Assembly: GCA_963828735.1 (NCBI GenBank)
Contig: CAWHFW010000005.1
Span: 544,001 to 608,000, forward strand
Source of the DNA: an uncultured Gemmatimonadales bacterium
GTDB lineage: Bacteria > Gemmatimonadota > Gemmatimonadetes > Gemmatimonadales > GWC2-71-9
Length of the DNA: 64,000 bases
Direction: 5' to 3'
The notes beneath the pieces were generated by a model. That model made no database searches and had not been told where the DNA came from. It saw only the letters and a program-made list of their open reading frames with translations. Of the stretch, positions 20,669-31,263 are shown in pieces. The position numbers were made by a program, and so were the translations under genes. Each line of letters starts with the position of its first letter. Position 1 is the stretch's first letter.

Positions 20669-23600
20669 CTAGTAGAAGGGTATGTCATCCGCCAGTCTCT
20701 CGCCCACCCAATCCGTCCTGACTGCCAAGGCTGTTTCACTGCCAAAGCCCTCCACGATGGTAGGGATCGTCTGCGCAATGGTGATCGTTGCATACAGTTT
20801 GTCTCCATCAAGCGTACCTTCGATCATATCTAGGGGAGGGTTAGGCCGTTTCATCTCGGTAATGGCGACGATCCGGACCCTATTCCCATCCCAGTCAACG
20901 GCAGTATCGTCTGGCTGCCACTGCTTCTTCAGATAGAGGTATTTGGCATGCCAACGATCATAGTCCCCCTCAAAGCGGTTTACCGCGATAAACGAGGGCA
21001 GCCCGACGCCCGTGTTCTTCCATATCCCAACCCGCGGATCTCTTCTGGCAACCCAAACCCGCTCCGTTGCTCGGCTGTCTCGGAGAGAACCACGTAAGAC
21101 CCTGTCAGGACCGCCGCTACCGCGGGCTAGAGTCCTGGCCGTGTACTCGACGACGCCCTGCCCACCGTGACGTGCTGCATGCCAGAACGTTAGTAGTCCA
21201 GCTTCAGTGTTGCTCCCATCAGCGCCGGGACGCCAACGAATTTCGTTCAGCGGCACCCACTCACGCGTGTCTTGGTAAAAGATCATCCCGACCCAGCCAT
21301 TCCGCGGCAGGCGGCTTAGCTGGAGGATGAACTCCGGTCCATCGTCGGCATCCAAACGACATTCCCACAGCGCACCAGCGGCCTGAACTTGCGGTCGAAC
21401 CTCCAGACCATCAGGGCTAATGGTGCCGAAGCGCGCCACCGCCGCATCAAGGGCGTTCTCAGGGCTCGCGGCATCGGCGATCCGGCGGCTGTTAGCGATG
21501 ACGTACCGAAAGGCGGTGGCGCCTTCTGTGATGTGTCGCGGGTACGTCGCGGGCGGAGCGGGTGGCTCAACGCTCCGATCGACGGTGAACAGGCCGAAGC
21601 GTGCATCGGGCTGATACCCGAACGCCCACTCCCAGTTATCCACAATGGTCCAATGGACGTAGCCAATAACGTTCACTCCCTCCCGGATGGCCCGAAGCAC
21701 TTGCTGCAAGTGTGCGACTGTGTAGGCAGCCCGGTTCCTATCCTGGGACTGGCTTATCCCATTTTCCGTGATGAGGATCGGCAGCGCATACCGCTTGTGA
21801 AAATCCGTTAAGACTTCGTATAGGCCTTCTGGATGAATCGTTGAACCAATGTCATTCCACAGGTACTCCTCCAAGTAGGCGTCGTTGCTCCGCCGGATAT
21901 CTACCTGGTAGTTTCCACCCCACCAGGGTGCCACGAACGCGATCAGTTTGTCGTGCCAAATGTCAACTGCTCGGTAGTACTGGGGGGCGATGAAATCCAG
22001 TTTGCCTGCCCACTCCTCTCTGTGGTCAAGCGCATCCTTGCGCCAAATCTCTGGGTTGTAGTCGCCATTGACGACGGCGTCCAGGAAGTACTTGTTGAAT
22101 TGATAATCAAACTGACTTGTCGCTGCCGTATTGTCGCCCCCAGTGACGGCGTTAACCCACTCTTGAGGCGCCGGCCTTGCGAATTGGACAATATGGGCGA
22201 ATCCGACTTGGGCATGTGTTCCGGCGAGCTCCTTGATCACGTCGTAGGCGCGCACGTGCGCATCAATCAAGTTGAAGTAGACACTCTTCGCGCGCGCCCC
22301 TTTGCCGGTGAACCCTGGTGGGAAGACCCCACCCATGTAGCCTGCCCCGATCATCGAGCCGACGGGCTCGTTCAGCGTGATCCAGTATCGGACGACGTCG
22401 CGGAAATGCGGCACCACGGCCCTTACGAAATGCTCGAACGCCTTCACAGTAACGGGGCTCTCCCAGCCGCGTAGGGAGCGACCGAATCCCGTGTCCGGCC
22501 TCGCGCCGTACATGGAATCTGCTTCGGGCGGCGTCAGCACCCACGCGGGCAGCGACATGTGGTTCAGGGTTAGGATTGGCTCCAGGCCTCGGTTGATCAT
22601 GAGGTCTACCATCTGCCTATAGTGGCCGATCGCGTCAGCGTCGAAATCAGCAGAATCGTAGGGCGCACTATCGATCGCACTGAGTTCCTCGTCACTAAAT
22701 GGTGCACCCGTGTCGTATCGACGATCGAATTCCATCCAGCGGTCGAGATACGCCTGAACCCACACATCCGCCCAAGCTGGTCGATTGTGCTCAATCCGAC
22801 TCCATTCCAGCGAGAATCGATACGCGTTCATACCGAGGAGCTTAGCCCGATCAAGATCCGCTGCAAGAACGTCGAGATTCCAGTGGTCTACGGCCCTTGT
22901 GGGCGGCTCAATCACCAGTTTGGTATTGGCTAGGCGCCCGAGGCCTTCTACTCTGGCCTTGATATGCGCAGACGTCGTGAATTGGTGCCAATCACTGTTC
23001 TTAAGGCCCCCCTCCACCTGGTGGGAGGCGGTTGCGACCCCCCACAGGAATGGGGAATTCTTGTGGTCGAAGTTGACGACGGTCGGCTCCAGCGGTTCCC
23101 ACTCGCTCCAATCGCCGTACTGGCCGTTCTGCCAGCGGTGATAGATCTGGTCGTCGGTGCCCACGATGAAGACCTCGAAGCCGCCGTCGCGGAGCCATCC
23201 CACGGCCACTTCCTTCGCGTCGTGATCCATGGACTCGAATTGGCTCCAGTCGCCATACGCGCCGTTCTGCCAACTGTGGTGGAGCTGGTCGTCGGTGCCG
23301 ACGATGAACACTTCGAAGGCTCCGTTCGACATCCGACCCAGGACTATGCGCTTGCCCGCGGCGCTCATGGTCTCCCACTCGCTCCAATCGCCGTACTGGC
23401 CGTTCTGCCAGCGGTGATAGATCTGGTCGTCGGTGCCCACGATGAAGACCTCGAAGCCGCCGTCGCGGAGCCATCCCACGGCCACTTCCTTCGCGTCGTG
23501 ATCCATGGACTCGAATTGGCTCCAGTCGCCATACGCGCCGTTCTGCCAACTGTGGTGGAGCTGGTCGTCGGTGCCGACGATGAACACTTCGAAGGCTCCG

Positions 23601-24058
23601 TTCGACATCCGACCCAGGACTATGCGCTTGCCCGCGGCGCTCATGGTCTCCCACTCGCTCCAATCGCCGTACTGGCCGTTCTGCCAGCGGTGATAGATCT
23701 GGTCGTCGGTGCCCACGATGAAGACCTCGAAGCCGCCGTCGCGGAGCCATCCCACGGCCACTTCCTTCGCGTCGTGATCCATGGACTCGAATTGGCTCCA
23801 GTCGCCATACGCGCCGTTCTGCCAACTGTGGTAGAGCTGATCGTCAGTGCCGACGATGAACACTTCGAAGGCTCCGTTGGACATCTGCCCCACGACTATG
23901 CACTTACCATCGGCGCTCATGGCCTCCCAGTCACCCCAGTTGCCGTACCAACCGTCCTGCCAAATGTGCTCGATCCGGTTGTCGGGACGCACGACAAATA
24001 CCTCGAAGCCGCCATCGCGCAGGCGACCCAAGGCGATTTTAGCATCGCTCATAAGCAT
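20669..24058 (-). CDS. Glycoside hydrolase family 1 with N-terminal 7-blade lectin-like propeller and C-terminal unknown domain
   Basis: FLWGVATASHQVEG, YRFSLEWSRI, TLNEP (acid/base), ITENG (nucleophile), DNWEW; seven 46-aa repeats; alternative start 24130. Confidence 0.9.
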   Translation of the reverse strand: MLMSDAKIALGRLRDGGFEVFVVRPDNRIEHIWQDGWYGNWGDWEAMSADGKCIVVGQMSNGAFEVFIVGTDDQLYHSWQNGAYGDWSQFESMDHDAKEVAVGWLRDGGFEVFIVGTDDQIYHRWQNGQYGDWSEWETMSAAGKRIVLGRMSNGAFEVFIVGTDDQLHHSWQNGAYGDWSQFESMDHDAKEVAVGWLRDGGFEVFIVGTDDQIYHRWQNGQYGDWSEWETMSAAGKRIVLGRMSNGAFEVFIVGTDDQLHHSWQNGAYGDWSQFESMDHDAKEVAVGWLRDGGFEVFIVGTDDQIYHRWQNGQYGDWSEWEPLEPTVVNFDHKNSPFLWGVATASHQVEGGLKNSDWHQFTTSAHIKARVEGLGRLANTKLVIEPPTRAVDHWNLDVLAADLDRAKLLGMNAYRFSLEWSRIEHNRPAWADVWVQAYLDRWMEFDRRYDTGAPFSDEELSAIDSAPYDSADFDADAIGHYRQMVDLMINRGLEPILTLNHMSLPAWVLTPPEADSMYGARPDTGFGRSLRGWESPVTVKAFEHFVRAVVPHFRDVVRYWITLNEPVGSMIGAGYMGGVFPPGFTGKGARAKSVYFNLIDAHVRAYDVIKELAGTHAQVGFAHIVQFARPAPQEWVNAVTGGDNTAATSQFDYQFNKYFLDAVVNGDYNPEIWRKDALDHREEWAGKLDFIAPQYYRAVDIWHDKLIAFVAPWWGGNYQVDIRRSNDAYLEEYLWNDIGSTIHPEGLYEVLTDFHKRYALPILITENGISQSQDRNRAAYTVAHLQQVLRAIREGVNVIGYVHWTIVDNWEWAFGYQPDARFGLFTVDRSVEPPAPPATYPRHITEGATAFRYVIANSRRIADAASPENALDAAVARFGTISPDGLEVRPQVQAAGALWECRLDADDGPEFILQLSRLPRNGWVGMIFYQDTREWVPLNEIRWRPGADGSNTEAGLLTFWHAARHGGQGVVEYTARTLARGSGGPDRVLRGSLRDSRATERVWVARRDPRVGIWKNTGVGLPSFIAVNRFEGDYDRWHAKYLYLKKQWQPDDTAVDWDGNRVRIVAITEMKRPNPPLDMIEGTLDGDKLYATITIAQTIPTIVEGFGSETALAVRTDWVGERLADDIPFY
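23097..23832. repeat. Perfect intragenic tandem repeat, 276-bp unit, ~2.7 copies
   Basis: Identical sequence recurs at 23098, 23374 and 23650. Confidence 0.92.
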
Positions 24059-24332
24059 TCCCCGACCAGCTCTGTTTGCGTATATGATTTGTGTGGTGGA
24101 GTTATCCGGCGTAACCGCCTTCGTCGGCAACGTGCCGAGTTGCTAACCTGACGCGTAGGCGACCCAAACGGGTACGGCCGGCATACGTGTATCTCAGGGA
24201 TCGGCGGCAGATTCGCCTGGCGCCCAACCCCCGTCCGCATACAACCAGCGGCCAGGGCGGAGCGGACATCCGGCCCCCGCACAGAGGATCGGGTGGCGCC
24301 CAGTAGGATCGGGTGATGCCCACCGGCCCGTG

Positions 24333-25689
24333 CTACCATGAACACTGCGGAAGGGATAAGAGATTGTTCGGCTCGTCGTAGTCAGCAACAGTCTTGATAT
24401 AGCGCTTACCTCGGGCGCTAACCGCCACCTCGACAAGGACTCGATCGCCGACTGGCTGCTCGACCCAGAATTGCTCTCCATCATCGATGGCCCGAATTAC
24501 CTTCTCAACACTTAGCTTCCAGCGTCGACCGTCTGGGTGCACCCCACCCACATATGAAATGCGGCGATCAGGGTCCCGAGGGCGGGGCTTCACAATGCAA
24601 CTGATTTCTGATCCATGCCACTCAATACGTACCTTTCGGGATTCTACGGCACTCACATTCCCTCCCCAATCAACTGCTACTACCTGGAACTCGAATTCTC
24701 CGTTACGGTCACGAAAATCAGGACCTCCCACGGTCTTTCCCATCCACCAAGCACCTTGCTTGGCGTTCGTCCCAACGCGCATCCACTCCCAGTCGCCGAC
24801 GATCATCGGGGGCGAAGTGCTCTTGTATGGATCTTCAGTTCGGACGAAGTACGGCGGTCCACCGTCTTTACGCACGGTCACACGGAGGAGAACATTGGTG
24901 TATTCGCGAGTGTCAATCTGAAACCAGAGGGACGGCACGAACAGGAGGTTGTATGAGTATGCGCTGAACTCTGCAATCGTCGGAGTCGACGGGTTTGAGA
25001 CGACGAAGTCCGAGTCATTCGCCTCCTCATGAGCTTGAATACGCGGACATAGCTCGCCCGGATCGTAGCCATGGTTGTGAAAGTCGTCATGATTGGTGAG
25101 GTATGCCTCACCCGGAGCTGCGATGTTCCATTGACTACCATCAACGCCGCCGCATACTCTGATCCCCTGAGACTCATAAGCATACTCCACGATGCCGTCG
25201 CAGCGGGTATCGCTGATGTCCGAGATTGTACCATCCCAGTCATGAGGCCCCTGGTTTCGCCATTTCGTAGTGACGCAGCATGTCCATCCATGTGTATGCG
25301 ATGTTCTTTCCAAGCATTTGCAATGCTGTATCAGCAATTCTTCGGCGTTGTACTGGCGTGATGCCGGGAGCGGTCCGCGCGCCGTGGTAGACTGATGTTG
25401 GGGCGTACGTGCGGATGAAAGCGTCCCGCAAGGCCGCCATGGTACTGGCGACGTCGGTGTTGGGTGAGGCGAAGGACGTGTCGACCTCAAATTTGACGAC
25501 AACGTCCCCGTAGAAGGACGCCAGATCCCCGTAGGCGTGTACCAGCGTCATGGCTCCGCGGCCTTGTGCGCCGAGGGTAAACCCGGTGTAGATCGCAGAG
25601 TGCCAGGCGCCTGTCCGGACATAGAAGCCCTGGATCTCCATGTCGCGGTACAGCGTCGCCCAGATGCATACCAGTGGCGTAGGGTTCAT
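24333..25689 (-). CDS. Permuted papain-like NlpC/P60-type protein with C-terminal DUF3892, frameshift near 25250
   Basis: WHSAIY precedes TRCDGIVEYAYE; C-terminal ISCIVK...KRYIKTVAD...NNLLSLPQC. Confidence 0.65.
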
Positions 25690-26650
25690 TGCTCATAAAC
25701 CACCTGCTCGGCCGACGGTTGTTGACGGATCATAGCTTCGAGCTCCTCGGGGCTGAGCGAACGCCCATCAGGCATTTGCACCAGGCGCTGCGCCTGCGGC
25801 TCGACGAGGTCAGGAACGAGAGTGATCGCACGTAGATATGCCTTTGACTGGCGTTTACCGAGTGCAGCAAGTTTGGCGGGCTCACTGCCGAAGGTAGCAA
25901 TGGCCGCAGCAACAGCTTCGGGACTGGGTCGCTTCGTATCGAACACCGCCAACAACCGAGCAAGGCTTGGAGCAGCCAAGACTGTAGCAGCGGCGGCGAG
26001 CACGGCGGTTGCTTCGGCTACAGTCTTAGCTTGTGTTGCCGCCTTTCCTAACGCCTTTCTTGCCGCTGGGGTGCCGATCATCACCAGTGCCCTCAGATGC
26101 GGGACGCCATGGAGTCGCTCTGGCAAGTATGAGCCTTAGCAGCCCTGCCTCAAGACGTCGAGCCTGTGCTCGTACGCCGGCCAGACCGGCGGGCAGCCTC
26201 TTCCAGCACCAGATCTCCGGATCTCAGCAGAGCGCTCAGCGTTTCGTCGATCTCAGGTCCGGGGTCGTCGATGAGTGAGCGCACCACTCTTGCTCGGATA
26301 CCGATCGGCTGGGCAGCGTCCCCGATCAGACGAGAGGAGACGGCACGTTCGCTCGGACTGAATCTCGCCATCCCGCAGACGCGCTCCAAGTAGTCGACGA
26401 GCGCAGCCCGGGTATGTGCCGTCAGTCTGGTGTCTCCGATGCTATCGAGAATGGATGCCCGGAGCGCGCCGTCGACTTGGGAAGGATCGGGCAGTGACCG
26501 TATGGCCCATTCGCCACGGAGCTGTCCACCAAGATGCTGCGCAGCGGTGTCGAGAACTTGCAGCGCGTCACGAACTGGTAAGGTCTCGAATGCTTTACGG
26601 ATCGTGCGCTCAAGCTCTGAAGATGCTTCGCGCCTGCCTGTGTCTGTCAT
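25686..26650 (-). CDS. Hypothetical alpha-helical (HEAT-like) protein, probably one frameshifted gene
   Basis: Adjacent Ala/Leu/Arg-rich ORFs 26150-26692 and 25686-26126; ATGA overlap with the next gene. Confidence 0.5.
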
Positions 26651-26989
26651 CGGAATTCTGAGAGTTGGATAGAATGGGGGACGCAACCTCACGGTCCTAC
26701 TTCATGATTCGCAGCAGTGCTTCCCGTTCTCCGCTTCGCTCGGCGATCCGCCTTTGAACCACCTTCTCAGCGATCATCTCGACGTCGACTTGACATTGCA
26801 GTGTCGATCGCGCGCCTAGATTCGAGTCTTTGGGCGTGCGAGCTGTCGGCCTTAGGCCGACGAGTTCCCATCGAGACACCAGACGAGACCCTTCGAGGGG
26901 CCGGCTACTCGTCGTCTGATGTTGAAGCACCATTGGCTGCCCGCACTATCTCCAGCCTGCCACTGGGCGCCTCAGGTTCCTTGCCGCAG

Positions 26990-27897
26990 CTAGGCTGGCA
27001 CCACACCTTCCTGCCCGATGTGAATCTTTACGCTCGCCTCTCCAATCCTCTCACCGCTCCCGGCCCGCAGACTAATACGGTGCGAGCCCGCCGGAAGTCC
27101 TGAAACCTGTACACAGGTGCCAGTGCCCAGCGGTCCGCTGACAGAGGAACTCCAAGCGAGCAGCTCGCGCTCCGGACGACCCTTCTTCCAGCCAGTTACC
27201 TTGTCCACGGAGCTGTACGGGCTCGCCACGCGCGAAACGGGTCCCGGCCGCCGGTGCTAGGATCATCTCAGTGCACGGCTTTATAGGTACCTTGAAGGGT
27301 CTACTGCTCACATTGACCGTATTCACCCCATCTGTCGCCATGACGGCAATCCTGCAGCGATCACCGCCGGGCAGTAAATCGAAGTCGACCTCTTGTTCTG
27401 TATCGGGGCCACTAAAGCAGAGCGCCATCCAATTGCTGCCGTCATTGTGTGAATAGGCCAACACAAAGTGGACCGGACGTCCCTCCGGGTGCTCCGCAGT
27501 CCATCGTATCACCTGTCGGCCCTTGCCTGTTCGGGGTATCCTCCACGCGAGGCGCACCGCGGGGCCGCTCCGAGGCACCTCGACTTCATGGATGAGGACC
27601 TCGTCACGAAAAATTCGGATGGCGCGCGTCCCTGTAATAAAAGGGACCTTCGCTGCCACGAGCTGTTCGGCTGTCGTACTATGGTCATGGCAGAGCGATC
27701 CCGTGGGGAGGCCGTATCGGAGCATCGTGTGACCGCTCTCGTCGACCAGTTCAGCTACAACGCCACTCTCCGGTGCCTCGACTGCGTATTCGGCTCGGTT
27801 CGTGAGATAGCCAGGTTGTAGGACCAGACTGTTGTCCGGCAGCAGGATGCCGACGATTGTCAGATAATGGCTGCTTCTCGTTTTCTGGTGGGTTCAT
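26990..27897 (-). CDS. Hypothetical Ig-like beta-sandwich protein accompanying the peptidase (frameshifted)
   Basis: Joined ORFs 27751-27897, 27072-27725 and 26990-27229; YSHNDGSNW, LPGG..CRIAVMATDGVNT, LAWSSS..GPLGTG. Confidence 0.6.
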
Positions 27898-27917
27898 AAT
27901 CAAGCCCTTCAGGCGTA

Positions 27918-30398
27918 CTAAATCGGGAATGTGTTGAACGCAATATCCCAGAATGCAATGGATGGCCACCTGGAGTTGTTGTCGCCGCAGTAGCTCATTA
28001 TCTCATTCGTCCCGGACGGCACCGTTGATTGTGCTGCTATGTCCATTCCCGTGTCCTCGGTAGCAGCAGGCAACCGAGAATCAATCGGCCCAGGGGGGTT
28101 CCCGCACGGCGCGTGGAAGATCCCGAGAGTGTGTCCCATTTCGTGCGCATACGTGCCGCTGTTATCCGTCCGCGCGTTTTGGGTGGACTCTCCCCCGTCT
28201 CTTTGACCTCCTCGCGCGACAAATGCGGGATGAACGAAAGGTGCCATTGGTGTCCCCACACCCCCCACCGTGGCATCATAGCTGGAAGAGTCCGGCACGA
28301 GTGCACCCCTAATGCCAACCACGAGTGGGTCCATGATGAAAATCTCCGTGGCAATTGTCATTAGCAGCCTGTCCCAGCCGCTGCGGTCGCGGAGATCTGC
28401 ATAAACAGGAAGTGCACGCCTGATTGGAGGGTTGATGATGAAACCGTCCTCCGCAATGGGAAAGCGACTTATTGCCCCTTGCAGCGAGTAGTAGTAGTCG
28501 CTCATAGTCGGCGCAGGCAGGCCGAGATGCTGATCCTCAATGAGGTACGGGAGAATCGCTTGTGTCGGCTGGTTCAAGAATGTGACTGAGATCGTCTCAG
28601 AGGCGCTGTACGGGCCGCCGTTGTCACCTTGGTGCCCCTCGACCCAGACCTTCGCCTGGATCGCAACCCGACCTGAGGTCTGAGGCAGAGGTATCTCGAA
28701 GTTGAGCGAGTCTCTGGTACGATTGCGCTCTATATCGTCACGAGGTTGAGCTGTCACGACCTCCCATGAGTTCGACCTCGAAAACCATGGCAGCCCGGCG
28801 TCGATACCATACCTGGCGCCTTCGGGAACTACCGTAATCCGGCCCGTGACGCCCGGTAAATTGTTTGGTCCGTATCCATAGTCGAACCCGTCCCGGACTC
28901 CGGAGTCGACATATAGGCGGACAGCAGTGCGTTTTCCAGCGACGAGCCGGACGTTATTGCCGGTGCCGGAAGCTATGTCATACCGCTGGATCGCCTGGAC
29001 CACCTCAATGCCCGCGATCGCGAGGTTCGGCCTCCGTGTGACCTCAAACTCCACCATGTCCGCCATAGATCCGCACCGGCTGGAGGCACTAGCGGTGACC
29101 TTCAGCGTTTTTGAAACCTTGACGAATGGCGTGTGATAGGTAAGTGAGCCAGTCGCTGGAAGCCCCGGCGTAGACGTGGTCGTGCCGTCCAATTCTGTAA
29201 TATTGATGCGCACAGATGTACCCAGGTCGGGAATGGCGCGCCAAGCGATCACGACGTCAGTGTCCCGCTCCACCTGCACCCGGCCCTTGCGTCCATCGAC
29301 GGTAAGCGACTGCATGATCGGTAGGCCACCGGTGAACCAACTAACGCTGCCTGGTAAACACTCTGGACACCGACCGAAGAGGGACTGAGCAGTCTCTGTA
29401 AGGACCAGCGACACAAAGGAGGCTGACGACCCAAAGGTGGCTTTTAGCTGGGAGGCCAGTTCCTTGGTGGCCACCACCATGAGCTCTGGCCACCCAAGTT
29501 CGTCCCGAGGGGTCTCTTCCCGTTCGAGTTCCGGCACTTCCGGCAACTCAATCATGAAGCCTATACAGCCAGGACCGGCCTCGTCTGGCACCCGCACTTG
29601 GATCGTGTTGTCTGTCCAACTTCCCTCGACTACTTCCGCGCGCACGCAACCACCGCCGCGGGCCGCGAACATCACCGAGTAGCCATACGGTCTTCCAAAC
29701 GCGCTGCCTGTGATTGTTACGATTTCGCCCGGACAGGCATCTGAAGGATCGATGTTGGTTATGGTTGGGCGGTTGCCCGAGCCCGGGAGGTAAGCCCGAG
29801 GCCATCGGCGCGGTCTATTAATTGCGACACTGCGAAAGTTATTGATTAGTTTCAGGACGGCACGGACCTTGGGATGAGTTCCAAGCTTCTGCGTGTCACT
29901 AAATGCCCTTGGAAGTTGCGGCAAACGAGAAATTCTTCGTCCGATTCCGAGCTCTCTCAAGAACACATTCGTGGCATCGAAACCGAAAGCCACCTGCACT
30001 AGGACCTTACTCATCTTTAGCGGCCAAGCTGTCTCTGATAAGCTTCGTGCACCAGCTATGAGGAACTCGACGGCGGATTGTTGAAATACCCCCTCGGGAG
30101 TCTTCGGGGCAGCGTCCGCGTCCAGCCAGTCCAACACAAAAGCTGACCTGTCGTTCCCTTTGAGTATCGGATGCTCGTGTAGGAGGGCTGACAGTTCCTG
30201 GTACGCGGCAATCGTGTGGGTTAGCTCGGAGACTTCACGCCCCTGCTCAAGCTGCCCGGGCCGCCGAACGGTTCGTGAGGACTCAGCACCACCCCTCAAC
30301 GCCAAGCGCCGAGCGAGTGCTGGCGTGTGCTCTAAGCGCTCGCGGAGCTTCTGGAACTCGGGGGTGTCGCCCCCCGGTAGTCGTCGATAGTCAGCCAT
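27918..30398 (-). CDS. IPT/TIG domain plus M66-like zinc metallopeptidase
   Basis: PTITNIDP..VTITGSAFG; IEVVQAIQ..LVAGKRTAVRLYV; HEMGHTLGIFH and Met-turn EIMSYC. Confidence 0.8.
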   Translation of the reverse strand: MADYRRLPGGDTPEFQKLRERLEHTPALARRLALRGGAESSRTVRRPGQLEQGREVSELTHTIAAYQELSALLHEHPILKGNDRSAFVLDWLDADAAPKTPEGVFQQSAVEFLIAGARSLSETAWPLKMSKVLVQVAFGFDATNVFLRELGIGRRISRLPQLPRAFSDTQKLGTHPKVRAVLKLINNFRSVAINRPRRWPRAYLPGSGNRPTITNIDPSDACPGEIVTITGSAFGRPYGYSVMFAARGGGCVRAEVVEGSWTDNTIQVRVPDEAGPGCIGFMIELPEVPELEREETPRDELGWPELMVVATKELASQLKATFGSSASFVSLVLTETAQSLFGRCPECLPGSVSWFTGGLPIMQSLTVDGRKGRVQVERDTDVVIAWRAIPDLGTSVRINITELDGTTTSTPGLPATGSLTYHTPFVKVSKTLKVTASASSRCGSMADMVEFEVTRRPNLAIAGIEVVQAIQRYDIASGTGNNVRLVAGKRTAVRLYVDSGVRDGFDYGYGPNNLPGVTGRITVVPEGARYGIDAGLPWFSRSNSWEVVTAQPRDDIERNRTRDSLNFEIPLPQTSGRVAIQAKVWVEGHQGDNGGPYSASETISVTFLNQPTQAILPYLIEDQHLGLPAPTMSDYYYSLQGAISRFPIAEDGFIINPPIRRALPVYADLRDRSGWDRLLMTIATEIFIMDPLVVGIRGALVPDSSSYDATVGGVGTPMAPFVHPAFVARGGQRDGGESTQNARTDNSGTYAHEMGHTLGIFHAPCGNPPGPIDSRLPAATEDTGMDIAAQSTVPSGTNEIMSYCGDNNSRWPSIAFWDIAFNTFPI

Positions 30399-31263
30399 TG
30401 ACGCCTCAACTGCGTTTTGTACCTATTAGTTGGGTGAGTCAGGCGCTGGCGAATGCACGCGATCCCCAGTCATACGGCAACGGCACCTGTAACGTGATAA
30501 ATGGGTTCGTCTCGCCGTCTACCATCCGCCCAACAGCGACTCTCCGGGGTGGCTCAGGCGCGCTTCTGCGCCTGCGCATGACGCCACACTGGCAGCTGTG
30601 CATGACAACTCGGCGATATTGGAGCCTTCGGGGCGTCGTTTGGCGGCGTCGCGGAGGTGACGAGGAGCTGTAGCTTTGCGTCGCCGGCTTGCGCCAGGTT
30701 TGCTGTAGGGGCAAATGCTGCGAGGCTGCAACTACTCTGCGCATCGGTACCGCTGCCGTCAATAGCGGGTTTGGGCAATTGTATCAATCGAGGGACTCTA
30801 CCGCGCTTCAGCTGCGTCGCGGTTCCGCGCGAAATTGTGTCAAAGAATCCATTTATTGTGCGGATGGTGTCGCGTCCAGAGGAATCGGGCAAGATTGTGC
30901 GCACGGCGGACCGTTGACCTCGAGAAAGGTGAGGCATTGGAACCGGACAACATCGCTAGCGTTTGGTTCGGCTAACACATGGATAGAAGCGTATAGTCGG
31001 AGCGGGGCATGAGCGTTCCTAAGATGGCACCCCGCCCACAGAAGCAACGGTAAATGTCCGCATGTCACGCCGATCCCGTGGTCACCCCCGAGTGAGTTGC
31101 AACGCACTTGATGTAGATGTACGCAGCACGCGCGCAAAGTCACCTAAGATGACCCTAGACGCCATGTCCTTGTCGCAAGCGTCCACACCGGCGAATTATG
31201 GTCCTGTTCGGCTTCTTGATCTTTCACTAAGTTGTCGAACGTTGCTCAGTGGCGGTGGACGGG

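Noticed and set aside
23097..23832. CRISPR array or DGR template/variable repeat
   Set aside because: Contiguous in-frame coding repeats with no spacers, no adenine-specific differences, and no cas or reverse transcriptase gene
30398..30408. TTGACGCCTCA shared with ~40550
   Set aside because: Overlaps the RBS/start of the peptidase gene; likely chance
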